The position numbers were made by a program, and so were the translations under genes. From assembly GCA_037447605.1 (NCBI GenBank), contig CM074804.1, forward strand, positions 620,001 to 684,000: 64,000 bases of DNA, in the 5' to 3' direction. The notes beneath the pieces are model-generated. The model saw only the letters and a list, made by a program, of their open reading frames with translations, was not told where the DNA came from and searched no databases. Each line of letters starts with the position of its first letter. Position 1 is the stretch's first letter. Shown here in pieces: positions 45,310 to 58,234 of the stretch. This DNA is from Zygnema circumcarinatum SAG 698-1b. Taxonomy: Eukaryota > Plantae > Zygnematophyceae.

Positions 45310-48300
45310 ATGGTATTTTTGTATCTCCGGCAGCTCGTGTCAAAAAAGCGGAAACGCTATGTCACCGCGTCACATAATCTGGACCTTAGCTACATTACTG
45401 AGCGCATTATTGCTATGTCTTATCCAGCTGAGAATCTTGAAAGCTTGTACAGAAACCCTATTTGGCAGGTGCAGGACCTTCTGGACCTTAAGCACCTGGA
45501 TCACTACAAGGTTGGTCACCTGAGGCCGTTTTATTTCTTATTTGGAACTTTGCTGAGTAACACCTTCTAGAGATTTTTCAGATTGCATAATAGCGCACAT
45601 CAGCTCCTTCTTTCCCTTTACTCCCCTTTAAACTGGACAGAAGCGGTTAAGTGTGTCATTGGAGAAATGTATTTAATATGACTTGTTTAGGTACAAGAGG
45701 CGCTTCTTGGCCTGAATTAGTTTGGCAGCTGCACGCTAATTTATTTGGTTGCGTCAAGTTGGTACCTTTCTCACGCCCAAGTTCTTTCCTTGTTACTTTG
45801 TCCTGCTGCATAGTGAACAGTGGATCGCCATCCTTGATTCACTCTGTCAAAAGTATGACTGATTTCATCTGGTCAGCAGATTAGCCCGACTCTCTAAGTT
45901 TCTCCAGATTTGTCTAACGGCCAATGGCTTCGTTACATTCTCTCTGCAGGTTTACAATCTGTGTTCTGAGTGTCAATATGCTCCCACTTACTTTGACGGC
46001 CGCATTGAGGTTTTGCCATTTGATGACCATCATGTACCTCCATTGAAGCTCGTGAAACTCTTTTGCGAAAGTGTCCATGCGTGGCTGGAAGCTGATCCCG
46101 ATAACATTGCTGTCGTCCACTGTCGGGTAATTTTGCATCATTCTCATGTTCCTTTACTGCTCCTGTGTTACCTGAGCTGAGAGTTCGAAGGTTGATCTCT
46201 TAATAAGCAAGCAGCATAGAGAGTAGTAGCTAGTTTATTGTTTTGATTTTTTGTCATGATTTTTTTCAGCAAACTCCGATGGTCAACTCTCTTTCTTTCA
46301 ACGGTGCAATGGCAATGCCAATGCTGATGACTTAAGAGACGAAAGCAAAAGGAATGAAAGGGATTTTACCAGTCTGACCTTTGCCTTGGACATACAATGG
46401 CAGGCGGGAAAGGGGCGCACAGGGGTCATGGTGTGTTGTTATTTAGTTTTTACGGGGATGACTCCTGATGAGGCCTTGAATTTCTACAGTGAGAAAAGAA
46501 CGACTAACATGAAAGGAGTAAGTCCTACTAAAAACCTGATTTTTTTTTATTCCGCGATTACAGTCACACATATCAACCCTCATATTGGAAGCATACACGC
46601 AGCCTTGAAGTGGATATTGTTTGTTTATTGGCAGGTGACTATTGCCAGTCAACGGAGATATGTACATTATTGGGGCCGCATCATGGTGCCAGGTGTCAGA
46701 TCTCCAGAGGCCATCATGCTTTCAGATCCAATTCCTCGAGCTTTGCGCCGTATCAGACTGTATGACATGTCTGGAGATTCAGTGGACTTTGTAATTGACA
46801 TTTTAGAAGAGGTAAGCTTTCCGTAAGAGACTTGTATTTGGAGATATGTAAATGATTTGGAAACTGTTGGATGAGACAAATTGCAAAAAAGACCTTCTCT
46901 TTATCTGGCTAGACTATTATTCACCACAGTCGCATTGGTCACTTATATGACACTAGACAGAAATGTTATCATCTAGGGCAAAACCAGGACTCACCCGAAA
47001 GCGGAAAGTTAACACGTACTCTCGTGTGAGTATCCATGGAACGTATAAAGTGGGGTTCTTCAGGAATAGGTTCAAATTATGGAGCATTATTTTACATGAA
47101 GAGAATAAAGGAGGCTTGCATCCTGCAGTGTACAACCACACGAGTGTGGGCTTGGAGGGCTTCTGGGTCTAGCAATTCGACAGCCAGGCAGCTTGTCGTT
47201 GCTAAGTTCTGTCCGTTCACTTGACAGCTCGGCATGCTATTCACTGGTTGAGTACTGAGCATATTCTCGTACTTTTTGAAACATCGTTAGTTATGTGAAA
47301 TTGGCAATTAAAGGGGAGAGTTCGTAGATTTTTTCACCGAGGTTCAGACCAGGGTTCATTGTACCCTTTCGTGACAGCTTTTAATAGGCTCACCATGGTA
47401 ATTTTTGCAGAAAGAAGGTGAAGTGTATGCGCCTCGAAAGGAAGTTGCCCGGGGTCACTGTTCTGTCCCAAAGAAGGGTCTGGGGAAAGGAAATCATGTT
47501 CGATCGTGGTTGACCCGCATTCCCAATTATCGAGATTCAGATGGTGGTCAGCTTGGCCCCCTTGTACAAAGCAACGTTGGAGCGTGGTCTCCAAAGTGGA
47601 TTGTGCAAATGGACACCGAGAAATCGTTCGATCCCAAACGACCATTTTTGAATCATTCGTTTGATCCTCCTCTTCTGGTGAGTTCCGAAAAAATTCTTGT
47701 CAGAAGCACCATTTACTTTTGGGACTTTCTCCTGAAATTCAGCCTTCAGAAGTGACTTTGTTCCTGATTTGAAGCAGCATTCGCCTGTCTGTGCCTGACA
47801 CGGCCTGAGGCATGCTTTGAACTTATTGCTTATGAGATTTCAGCACTACAGTTACTTCTCAGAGATCGATGTTTGGTTGACGTAGAAAACTTGGCCTGCC
47901 AGCTTTCTGGAGATGTCTCTGTCACGTTCCATGACAAGAGTGGGAGTCGGCTCTTCTTTTTTTGGTTCAACACGAACTTTGTCTTAAACGGGTTGCTCAC
48001 CGTAAGTCTCAACTCCTTTTATTAAGGTTTAAGTATTCTATATGTTTCTGCACTTGAAGTAGTGCTTTGGCTGCCCAATAAGGACATCCCCTATCCAAAG
48101 TGTTAATATGTTCACATAAAACAAAGAGGAAATTGTAATGTGGTAGTATTGAAACCCACATAGCACACATAATTTACACACAACAGTACTACAGTTTGAT
48201 AATGCGTGGCCTTTTGCTTGTGGTGGTTGTTGCTGACCAAATAAGCAGCTGAAGCAAGATGAAGTCGACAGAATGGGAAATCGGCTGATGCAGAAGATAG

Positions 48301-48425
48301 GTCCTGATTTCACTGTAGAACTCCTCTTTGGAATGGTTCAGCCCGGCGGAATGAATGGAACCAACGGTTTCGCCAACGGCTACCACAATGATGATAGTGA
48401 TTTTAGTGATACCCTATTTGGCTGA
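45310..48425 (+). CDS. PTEN: PTEN-family phosphatase (plant PTEN1 type), about 403 aa
   Basis: join(45310..45510,45950..46126,46404..46517,46635..46811,47411..47677,47903..48001,48249..48425) is in frame. VSKKRKRY, LDLSYITERIIAMSYPA, FDDHHVP, HCRAGKGRTG, SQRRYVHYW, and C2-domain GDVSVTF..RLFFFWFNTNF. Confidence 0.95.
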
Positions 48426-51071
48426 CAGTTGACGCACTTCATTTCCTCCCTTCTTACTGTGCCGCCAAAAAGCTATTCGGAAATTCCTCTCCCGAAGCTC
48501 AGATATCTAGGGCTATGGCCTCCTGTGCTCTGAGTGATAGATCTGATACATCCTGGAAGTTCAAAGCAGCCATCGCTCGTTGTATTCCTTGTGAAGGATT
48601 CGTACGGAATCCTTGCCCGCTATCATCGCGGTGACTTATGCAGGGCCTGGCTCTTCTGGGATTACGGAACAGAATGTTTTTCATGTTCTTAACTGTTTGA
48701 GTTTACTGCTTCAAGAAGGGGAGGAGGAAAGGGGCGGAAGGGTGAGCTTCCCTTGGAGAACTCGAAGTTCATTGTCGTGGAGAGGGTGATGAGACTTCTG
48801 CGAAGGGTTGTTGAGCGTGTAACATGTGTAAGTTAGTGACATGATTTTTTTACAAAACGTGGGAGGGGATTGCAACAACAAGAGGGTGCAGATTATCATA
48901 GAAACGAAGGAGGCTTTAGACAGATAGGCATTCTGCAGCTTTAAATCGCTTCAAAGGAGGGTATCCTCTCAATGCTGCAGGTCGCTTGCTATATGCAGGC
49001 TGCTCTATAGTTGAACAACAAGACTGACTTTTTTTTTCAATGATCTCATGTTAGCGCTGCTGACTATCAAGGGTAGAATCTGGGGACCTTCGGACTTTCC
49101 CTATGAAATGCCGGACACCGCTGCGATATCGAATAAGTTATTTAGACGGAAGAATTACCAATCGAACGAAGAATGCACAGCATCTCTCCTGACAACAGCA
49201 GACCTTTACGGAAAGGGAGCTCGGAAAGGGTGCTCAAGAGAAGACTTTTCAGTTTACACATTTAGCAGCTAGTTTAAGCACAGTCAGAGTGTTCTAGAGT
49301 TAATGGCACCGATTTTAAGCGCAGAACCCGGAACTTTTCTCAGGCACGTCATCAATGATCATGCAAGAATGGGGCCTCTGAAGGCCGAATTTTAAAATTC
49401 TTGCATAGCACGGGATGGTCCGGCCATAGGGGGTGCTGGCAAGCTGCGAGACAAATAAGGTAGTCTGGATGGAAATGGCGCCTCCATAGAATTGAAGCCA
49501 GCGTTCTTTAGCAGGTGAGCGGAAAAATCCAGATGTGGCCTAAGTGTGCTGCTCGAAGGGTGGTGGAAAGCGTACCAGGGAAGTCATGGGAACTCCAGGT
49601 TCATGGATTGTACCTGTTCATATCCAGAACTCTGCTTGGAGCTTTTCATCGAAGCTCTTTAGTAGGATGCCAATGTTTGGCAATAAGCGCACTGCATTAG
49701 TTTTAGAGGAATTCATTCACTGAAAGAAGCGTGGGAGGTCCTTCTCATTGGATTGGATGGGCTTGATAGTCCGAAAGCCTGTTATCACTTCTACCGGGTT
49801 TAGTCGTCTGCATTTTCTCAACAACTTTTTACCGTCACCCACAACGTTTGGCTCCGGTATGTGTTGCCCCAATTGAGTTGTATGGCCGAAAGTCAAGCTT
49901 ATAGAGGGACTTCAAATGGGGACGAGGGGCCCTGTCTCTCCATATATGGGTGTGCGCCTGCGAAAATGCTCAGGAAAAGAAAACTTTGGTTTCTTGGGAA
50001 TAGTGGTGCCCTCACTACCGAGACATCGAGTTCGCATTCCTTGAACCTCGACCCTTATGGTGGGCTGCTCCTCATTCACTTCCACCTGTGTATCTCCAAA
50101 CATCTAGTGTGCATCTGAGAACAGGCTGCTGTCATTGACGACTGTACTGATATCAGCTGCGAGCCGTCAACTCCTCCCTCTTAGCTGGCAGACGGAAGCA
50201 GGCCAAAATTTTGGTACTATACAACAAAGGTTGCGTAGCAGAGCTGCCAAGAATGGAATCAAATTGTCAGAAAGAGCTAATTTGTTTTGTATGGAGAGGC
50301 TTCACTCGACTCTGCCGAACGGCTGTGGACTGTAACGGAATTGTGGATTCCCTGCCTGCACTTCGTGTTTGAACATTCTTCATATATGCCATGGCATGGT
50401 GGGGTGTCATGGCATGGCATGAATTCTGGATGTGGCGAGGGGTATCTGATCTATTGTTTGAGTGAAAGAATTCGGCTCATCAGAAGGGTTAAGCTGTGTG
50501 AGCCACGCCCCAGTCTCCATTCTAAATACCACCATACATACTGTTTTTTTTAAGAACATCAAAGTCTTCGAAGGATAGCAACATCGCTGTTGCTGTTCGT
50601 TCTTGTGTTTTGCTGCTCTGTAACGTATAGCACAGTCGCATTTATCTGTACCTAGGCTTCCTTTCCTCTTCTATCTCCTTGATTCGAAAGGAGGTGTCCT
50701 GTGGGAACAGCCTAGAAGGTGTGGGAACAGCCTGGAAGGTGAGGCTGAAGAAGGCCCTGGCAGGTCAAGTCAACCTTGGAGCAAGAATGGTCCTCTAAGC
50801 GGTGATTGTTTTGTATGCCAAAACAGCTCGGAGCCACTCCATCGCCTTGTCACAGCCTGCCAACAACTTTTCTAAAAGCAGCGTCCTTAATATGTAGCCA
50901 TGTAAAAGGTACTCAAAGCCATTTCAAAGGTACTCAAACGGCCGACCATAACAAACGCAATGGACCGAGATGCCGAGCCAAAGCGATCACTCTTTAAGAA
51001 AGGCAAGCGGACATCAGGACTGTAGGACTGCCCGAAACAAAAAAAACATTCATCCTTTCATCTTTGTACAT

Positions 51072-52516
51072 TCACAGTTTTCTCTTCTTCGAAATCACAG
51101 CCACGTGCTCAGGACTGCTATCCTTTTCCTTTTCTTTGGACTCTGCATGCTTTGGAGTAACCTCTGCCAAGCCAATGGACGCAAACACAAGTTGCGAAGG
51201 TCTCTCCTCTCCCACTGCCTCTGTGGGAGGGCGCCTACACCTCTCCTGAAGCAATTTGAGGCGGTTATTGCGGTAATGCTGCCATAAGTAAAACTGTTGC
51301 CTATGTGCTAGTTCCTGTCACATAAAAAAAAAAATAACCATCAGGGATATAATAGTAAGGAGAGAGAGACTGGGCTATTCTCAATTAGAGCTAAGAACAC
51401 ATCCTTAGGAAAAGGACAGGTACCTTGTGCGCAGGGTGAGCCATGGCTGCTCGGAAGTTTGCGCTTTGAAGCAGGTCCAGAAAGAAGAGGGCATGGGGGT
51501 ACCTAAAAATAGCCATGAAATCCACAAATCCCCCTTAGCAAAACAGCTTTGTGTTTGGATATTAATACTAGCTTTATGGAGGGAGGTTGAACTACTGTGG
51601 TTGCATCATGTCAGCCTCTCCCCCATTCAATACCCAACTATTAGGAGCAGCGTCTCACATTATGAACTTCACATATCCTGGTTCCTTCCAGTACTGCAAG
51701 TACTCCAAGTAATTTACAAACGCCGGATCATCGAAATAGCGATTTTGAGCAAGGTCTGCATTTGGCCAACCAATACCCTTTACCACATGTGAGCGATTCT
51801 GCACACTCCTCTTGCCACTAGGACCAACAAAACTACAGTCTTTCAATTACTAGCACATACCGTGTAGGCACGGACGAAAACAACGGCTGGTGGAATTTTT
51901 GCAATTATGTAAAGAAAAAGATAAATGCCTTCCCTCGTTCAAATTCTTTAATGATGAATTACCATTCACCTTGTCTGCGTGCTTGAAGTACCAAAGAAGA
52001 TATGAACTGAAAGATGAAACACTGAAGAACATAAACTCGTCGAAGAGGTGCGTTTCTTACAATGTATGTACGTAGGGTTGGCAAGTAGTTGAATAAACTC
52101 CAGCTCCAAAAGAAACCTCCTCCTTCCACCGTCAGTCTCCTTGAAGGTGTTCCCCCTGCGTTATCTCCGATACCTGCCTGCTTTGATAAGTACGACGCTT
52201 CCATAATCATTGGCTCAGAGGATGAACTGCAACAGACCATTATCATCGTGCTTTCCACTTGACTTACATTAAAATGAACAATGTTTGCAGTTGTAAGTTC
52301 TTGTCATTAAACGGCACTTTGACAGTCATGTTGCGTTCATTTAAAGATGATTATCTCAATTTTGGTTTTTTATCTTTGCACTTTGCTAACAAACCTACAC
52401 TAGCGTGCCGTAAAGATCTTAAATATGAAGGTTGCATTTCAGAGCCTTCAATGCGCTTTACGATGCCCTCACTCTTTTTGTGGTGCAGCTGATGCAGCCC
52501 CAACTGGCACCACCAT
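51072..52516 (-). CDS. MED31: Mediator subunit 31 (SOH1), about 185 aa
   Basis: complement join(52516..52473,52155..52061,51755..51659,51502..51424,51314..51072) is in frame. RRRFLLELEFIQLLANPTYIHYLAQNRYFDDPAFVNYLEYLQYWKEPGYVKFIMYPHALFFLDLLQ, ELAHRQQFYLWQHYRNNRLK. The first exon is less certain. Confidence 0.94.
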
Positions 52517-52996
52517 GATCGTCAATGCCAAAACGAACGTTCCAAGTTGTCTCAGAATAAGACCTGACTATGTTCTCGGAAACTGAAAGTCCTCCTTCAA
52601 GCACGTGCCGTTCCTCCTGCACATCCTCCTGTCAGCTGTCCGTGTACAGCTGCCGAACTCACAGCACCAAGAAAAGAAAGAGCGGCATTCCTACAAATTT
52701 CTTCTTCCTTTGATAGTATCAGAACTCAAAGGGCCTCGAACTCAGGCGTGCAGCCTGCCGAGTGCAGAGCCCGCCATGGCTCAGAGCTATGGCAGCCTCC
52801 CCCTCTTCCCCTTTTTACAAGAAAAAAGCCAAACTGGAGGAGGGCCCCAAGTTCTATGTCTCCGTTAGGGGTATTAACTATCGAATTGGCGACCAATACC
52901 TCGATATTCAATATTTTCCCAAATACCGAATTCCTCTCTCCTGAGGGAAGCAGGGCTACTATTGAGCTTCTGGATGTCTCTCAGCTCCAGGCAGCC

Positions 52997-55064
52997 ATGG
53001 TTCTCGTCATAGGGAGCTTTAGCAGAAGCAGCTTAGACGGGGCCTCGCCATGGCTTCCGTCCGCAGTGATCGGTTTAGAGAGCAGGTTGGAGTCTGCAGC
53101 GTGCGGGGAGCGGGCGCGGAGGAGTAGGGAAAGAGGTCTTTCCGCGCGTAGATTGAGCTTCGGCAGGGCTTTAGGAGGTAGTACTGCTTCAATTTTATGG
53201 GGATTAGAGCAGGATTTTAAGGTAAGTCACAATTGAATTCACGTTGGATCTGCTATGTGTAGTTGTAATGTCATTCAGTTTTTTGCTGTATGTAAGGATG
53301 GCGTATGACAATGAAATTGCTACAGTTTAGCCAGTTACAGCTCACTTATGGCGAAGGTGTGGAAGGTGACATTACAGAGGATTGTACATGCATGTTATAC
53401 ACATACATACTACATATGTAAATGCTCGCATACGCATTATACATATTTCTAGCTGCAACAGAATTCTCTAGTACACATTCCCTTCGGGCATGAGGTCTAA
53501 AGGTGCAGTACCGTTCAAATCTAAAGGTCCTGCACGCAGAAGGGTTGAACAAGCCGACTGGCTTTGTGAATAGAAGGATGCAGACAAACAAAAACAACGA
53601 CAGCTACAGCAACACCAGCAAAACTAAAACTGTCTGATTCTTCGCTTCTTTTGCCTGATTAGCATCTCATCCTAACTAGTTTACATTTGCCGATTAGCGC
53701 AACTTTTAATAAATAGCAATTAGTGGGTGCAATGGGAAACACTGGTCTTGCTGCAGAATGGCTCCTGTCTTCTCCACTCCCTATGTTAGTTGGTGAGTGT
53801 TTGCTCGCTAATTGTACGTGAGAAGGCTCTCCGAACAGACTAATTGAAAATGAATCGGTTCTCCTTTTTCTTACAAGCCAATTCAGTGAGGTGCGAAAGG
53901 TCTTTATCATGCCATTGTCTCACATTGAGGTCGATTCTTGCAATATGCTTGTTTCAAACAGATATCTTGGTCTCGGCAATGCGAGGCGGAAAGCTTTGGA
54001 TCCGCCAAATGGCACCCTTCTGTTCGAATAAGCTCGCCTGTCACAAGCTCAATGGAGAAGAGGCGGAGCACCTGGCGGAGTCTGTTACCACAGCCCCTCA
54101 CCTACGGCTCCACCATGGCGGATGTCGATTGTGTGCAGGTACAGGGTTGGAGCAGCCGCCCTATCATAGGTAGGCTGAGGGTTACGCTGACATCGTTGCG
54201 AACTTTTACTCCGTTGCTATCCACTTCATTGAAGTGAAGGAGAGAAGCATAGAGAGGGATACTCAGACGAGAGAGTATGTGGACCTCGCTAAAGAAGTTG
54301 AAGAATGGCATGTTTAAAGCCAATCTTCCTTGTCTAACTCGACGCAGGAAGATGCACATACTAAGTCTCCTAGGCATTGAAGACGCGAACTGTTGCCCCT
54401 TCAATCTGTAGTGCGTGAAATGAAGGGGGAGGATGGTGGCAGCTCAGTGAGTTGTGGGGTAAAACTCTGAAGGAACCGCTGAGGGAGCCGCATAAGATAC
54501 AAACGGCACTACGACATAGCTTTGCGGTGAACTTCTAGCTCTCGTCATTTAAAGTATAAACAGTGTTTTTCGCAGTTTGAAATGATTTAAACTTTTGAAT
54601 TAAAGTTTACAGCTTTGCCAGTGCCATTCATCAGATATTGTGCTTACTTAAACCCTGTTGGGTAGTTGCTGGATTGGAATCATGCTATCGTGTCTATTTG
54701 GCCGCATATAGAATAAAACTCTGTGTTGCATTGTGTGCTTGTGGAGGGCTCGGCTGCAGTTTGTGATCGTGAGAGATGAGTCAGCAGTGAGCTCGTCAGG
54801 GAAACCCGGCCGCGTCGTAGGTGAGTTTTCAAACTCTAAATCTTTCCCTTCCTTTCCCGCTCTCTTCCTATCCCTTTCGTCCTCACTCGTTTTCCCCTAA
54901 CATCAATGTAGCCATTAAATTTTGGAGCTTTCTTTCCATCTAAACAGGGGCCATGGAGGGAGTCGGGGATCGGTGTGGCAGGTGTCGGACGTGCCATTTC
55001 TGACGGTGCTTTCATTGTAAGTGATTTGGGGGAGGGAGGGGGGGGGGGGGGGGGNNNNNNNNNN

Positions 55065-55099
<35 letters not shown>

Positions 55100-56577
55100 A
55101 GAGAGGAGAACGGGGCCAAGCAGCCCCATGCAGGCCTCCTTAGCAAAGGAAATGCTGTAGATGGCTTTGTAAAGGGAGAAAGGAAGTAGTGAGAGGTGAG
55201 AGAGGCGACCCTCTGCGCTTCATGAAGCCTTGGGAACTGAGGGTGGAGAATTCAAAACTCAAAGGAGGGTACTTTAATGATTCCTGAAAGTTAGGGATGA
55301 TGTAGTTTGGTGAAAGTACTTCTTCCCTATGATTCAATAGTCTCTCAGAGGGAAGAATGTTGTTGCTGCTTGCAGGCTACCATATGTGATGTGGCGGTAG
55401 ACCCGGACTACCAGCGACGTGGGATTGGTCGCAAAATAGTTAAACGACTCGTGCAGGTAAGTGGTGGTAGTAAACTGAAGAGCAGCACCCTCCATGAAGA
55501 TAGATACACAACCCTGACGAAACTGCAATCTTTTAAGGTGGTGCGGTGGAAAGTAGTGCTGGAAACAAGAGGAGGTCGGAGGGGATGTGAGGAGGCATGG
55601 CATAGCTTATAGGTCAATCACTCAATGTTGTAATGTTTATGTGGAGGTGACACAGGAGCATGGTTGCTGACTGCTGCCCATTTCTTACATGCAGGATATG
55701 AAGGGGAAAGGCCCCACTGGATTTGCAGCTTTTCCACCTCCCTTAGCCCGCCGGTTTTTTTGGATGATTGGTTTCAGGTATGTTTTGGACTTTTTAATGT
55801 GCGCTTGCATTATGTTAGTGAAGGTCGCTTAGCCCACTATTGGTATGCATGAACTTTTCAGATGATTTTTTCTTTGGATTGGTATTGAATGTGGTCACGA
55901 GAGCTGAAAATTTCAAGAATTGATCACCATTTTAGGAAACATACACAAGTTCAAGTGAATGTTGGATTTCGTTGAAGTTCATGACATGCATCTGAAACCT
56001 TCCCCCCCCCCTCCCTCAACTCTTTCTCTCGTCTCTCCCCTTCTCTCCTCTCTCGCCCCCTCCTCCCGCCCCCCTCGCTTTGCTGAACACTAATCGTTGA
56101 ACTTCCAGATCTTCTAGATCAAAATGATGGAATGCTCTGTAGATCTGTTTCTGTAGACAGTTTCGAGCAATTCGGTGGGAATCCATTGAGATACCCAGTA
56201 ATATGTAAATGGGCATGAACCAATCACAGTTGGCCACGTATGCATTTTGCTTGAGCTGTACCTTCGCAAGTTTCAGGATCTTCTCAATGGATGCCCCCCT
56301 TAACCTGCTAAGAAAAGCTTGCTAATAGAGGGCCTCCTGTTTGCATCGCAGGGCTGATAAGAAATATCGAGTGATGGCATATAAGGGAAAGTATCTGCAG
56401 GAAGTCCAAGAACCGATGAATGAAGCGCTCGAATGGCAACAGGAAAGGACGGACCTTCAAGGAGCGCACTCTCACTTGGAGCACTCCTCCACAAGCAGAC
56501 AAGCTGAGTCTAAGGAGTGCAAGGACTTGGAAGAGTTGAGTAGTGTTAAAAGTCCTCCAGTTGAAGTGCTGCAATAG
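52997..56577 (+). CDS. GNAT-family acetyltransferase (NSI/SNAT-related, probably plastid-targeted)
   Basis: Exons 52997-53221 (tentative), 53962-54138, 54443-54526, 54760-54820, 54982-55016, 55376-55456, 55695-55777, 56352-56577. REPHKIQTALRHS, VVGVGRAISDGAFIATICDVAVDPDYQRRGIGRKIV (acetyl-CoA-binding QRRGIG). Confidence 0.88.
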
Positions 56578-56652
56578 GTCTAGTAGGGAGGTGGAGGAAA
56601 TGGAGGGAGCGAGGGACGAGGGACGAGGGACGAGGGAGATGGGGGAGCGAGA

Positions 56653-57505
56653 GCGGGGAGAGGGAAGGAGGGAGGAGATGGGCGAGGGAGGGGAAGGAGA
56701 GGGAGGGAGAGGAAGGTGAGGGAGGGTGATGGGAGAGGGAGGGTACGAACTCTGTTGTGAGCTGTAGTTAGGAGAACTTGGAGGTCTGGGTCGGGCATCT
56801 ATTAACTGATTGTATATGACAAGGTAGGGAGGGGTGGAAGCGAAGTGGCAGTAGGGGACCCATGTACTGTAATTCGTACTGCTTGTTTACATCTTACATT
56901 TTACAAATAATCGAACTCATTACCCAGTCCCTGCATGCGCAATTCAAGCTTTCGGGCATTAAAAATTTAGGAGCGTCAAACAAACACACCAAGCTGTCCC
57001 ACAAATTAGATTAACAAAATCAAATTTGATTATTTAATTCGAGCCTACTCCGCTTGTTGAGCCTGCTCTCCCATCCATCCATGGCTGCTTCTTGGTCGAG
57101 CACTCGCTCTAACTGGACCGTCAGATGCGGCCCCTTTCCAGTTTACCGTAAACGGGACGGCCCTCCTTGCGGCAGAGTCGATGAGAAACCAACCGCTGGT
57201 CAAACCATTCATTGGATCGGCAGGCACATTCAACCAATGCTTGGTTCAACATCAATTCGAGGGCGGGGAGAGGGAAGGAGGGAGGAGATGGCCGAGGGAG
57301 GGGAAGGAGAGGGAGGGAGAGGAAGGTGAGGGAGGGTGATGGGAGAGGGGGGGTACGAACTCCTTTGTGAGCTGTAGTTAGGAGATCTTGGAGGTCTGGG
57401 TCGGGCATCTATTAACTGATTGTATATGACAAGGTAGGGGGGGGTGGAAGCGAAGTGGCAGCAGGGGACCCATGAACTGTAATTCGTACTGCTTCTTTAC
57501 ATCTT
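56653..57505. repeat. 243-bp direct repeats (56653-56895, 57263-57505) enclosing a captured RCC1-gene fragment and a repeat-A fragment
   Basis: The two copies align end to end with few substitutions. Internal 56904-57002 matches 58064-58163; 57045-57255 matches family A. Confidence 0.9.
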
Positions 57506-57925
57506 TCTTACGTAACTTTTGACTTGACCATCAGAATTGTAACGTACAAATTGTTTGTTTAGGTATTTTTTGTGCGGGATTCATCGGTGATTTCAAAAAG
57601 AAAAAGAAGGGGGACGGAAATTTGTTGTGCATAGGAGACAAGAACATTTCTTCGTTCCAAAAACTTTTTATCGGTCGCATTTCCTTACAGGTTGAGTTTT
57701 TTATTCACCCAGTCATTAACAGAAGACGAAAAACCAATGCTAGTTTTGAGCTGCATCTCCTATAGAGCCTTTATATCAATTTCAAGTCTTCTTATTGTTC
57801 ACATGATATTCGTACTTTGGAGGAAGTACTTCCAGATTTCGCTGTTACTACCTATTCACTAGAAAGCGCGTACTAATTTTGAGTTCAATAAGTGTGGAAT
57901 TTTCTGAGTCCAAATCTGGCACCCC

Positions 57926-58194
57926 CTATTCGGAGGAAATGGCAGGCCCTATAATGGCAGCTGTGTGGTTGAATCCGCATGAAATTTGGAGCACTCGCAG
58001 GAGGGCAGAATTAGGGTTTTCTGAAACACTGCGAAGGGCCCCGTGCTTCACCCATGTGGGCTCCAAATAATCAAACTCATTACCCAGTCCCTGCATGCGC
58101 AATTCAAGCTTTCGGGACATTAAAAATTTAGGAGCGTCAAACAAACACACCAAGCTGTCCCACGAAATAAGTTTAGGGATATTGGTGTAGGGAA

Positions 58195-58234
<40 letters not shown>

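Noticed and set aside
48961-48980. U12-like donor GTATCCTCT downstream of PTEN
   Set aside because: Not at any exon boundary I can support, and no matching branch site and acceptor.
56653-57505. Canonical TRIM/LTR mini-retrotransposon
   Set aside because: Sizes fit, but the repeats lack TG...CA ends, no tRNA primer-binding site follows the first repeat, and the interior is made of local gene and repeat fragments.
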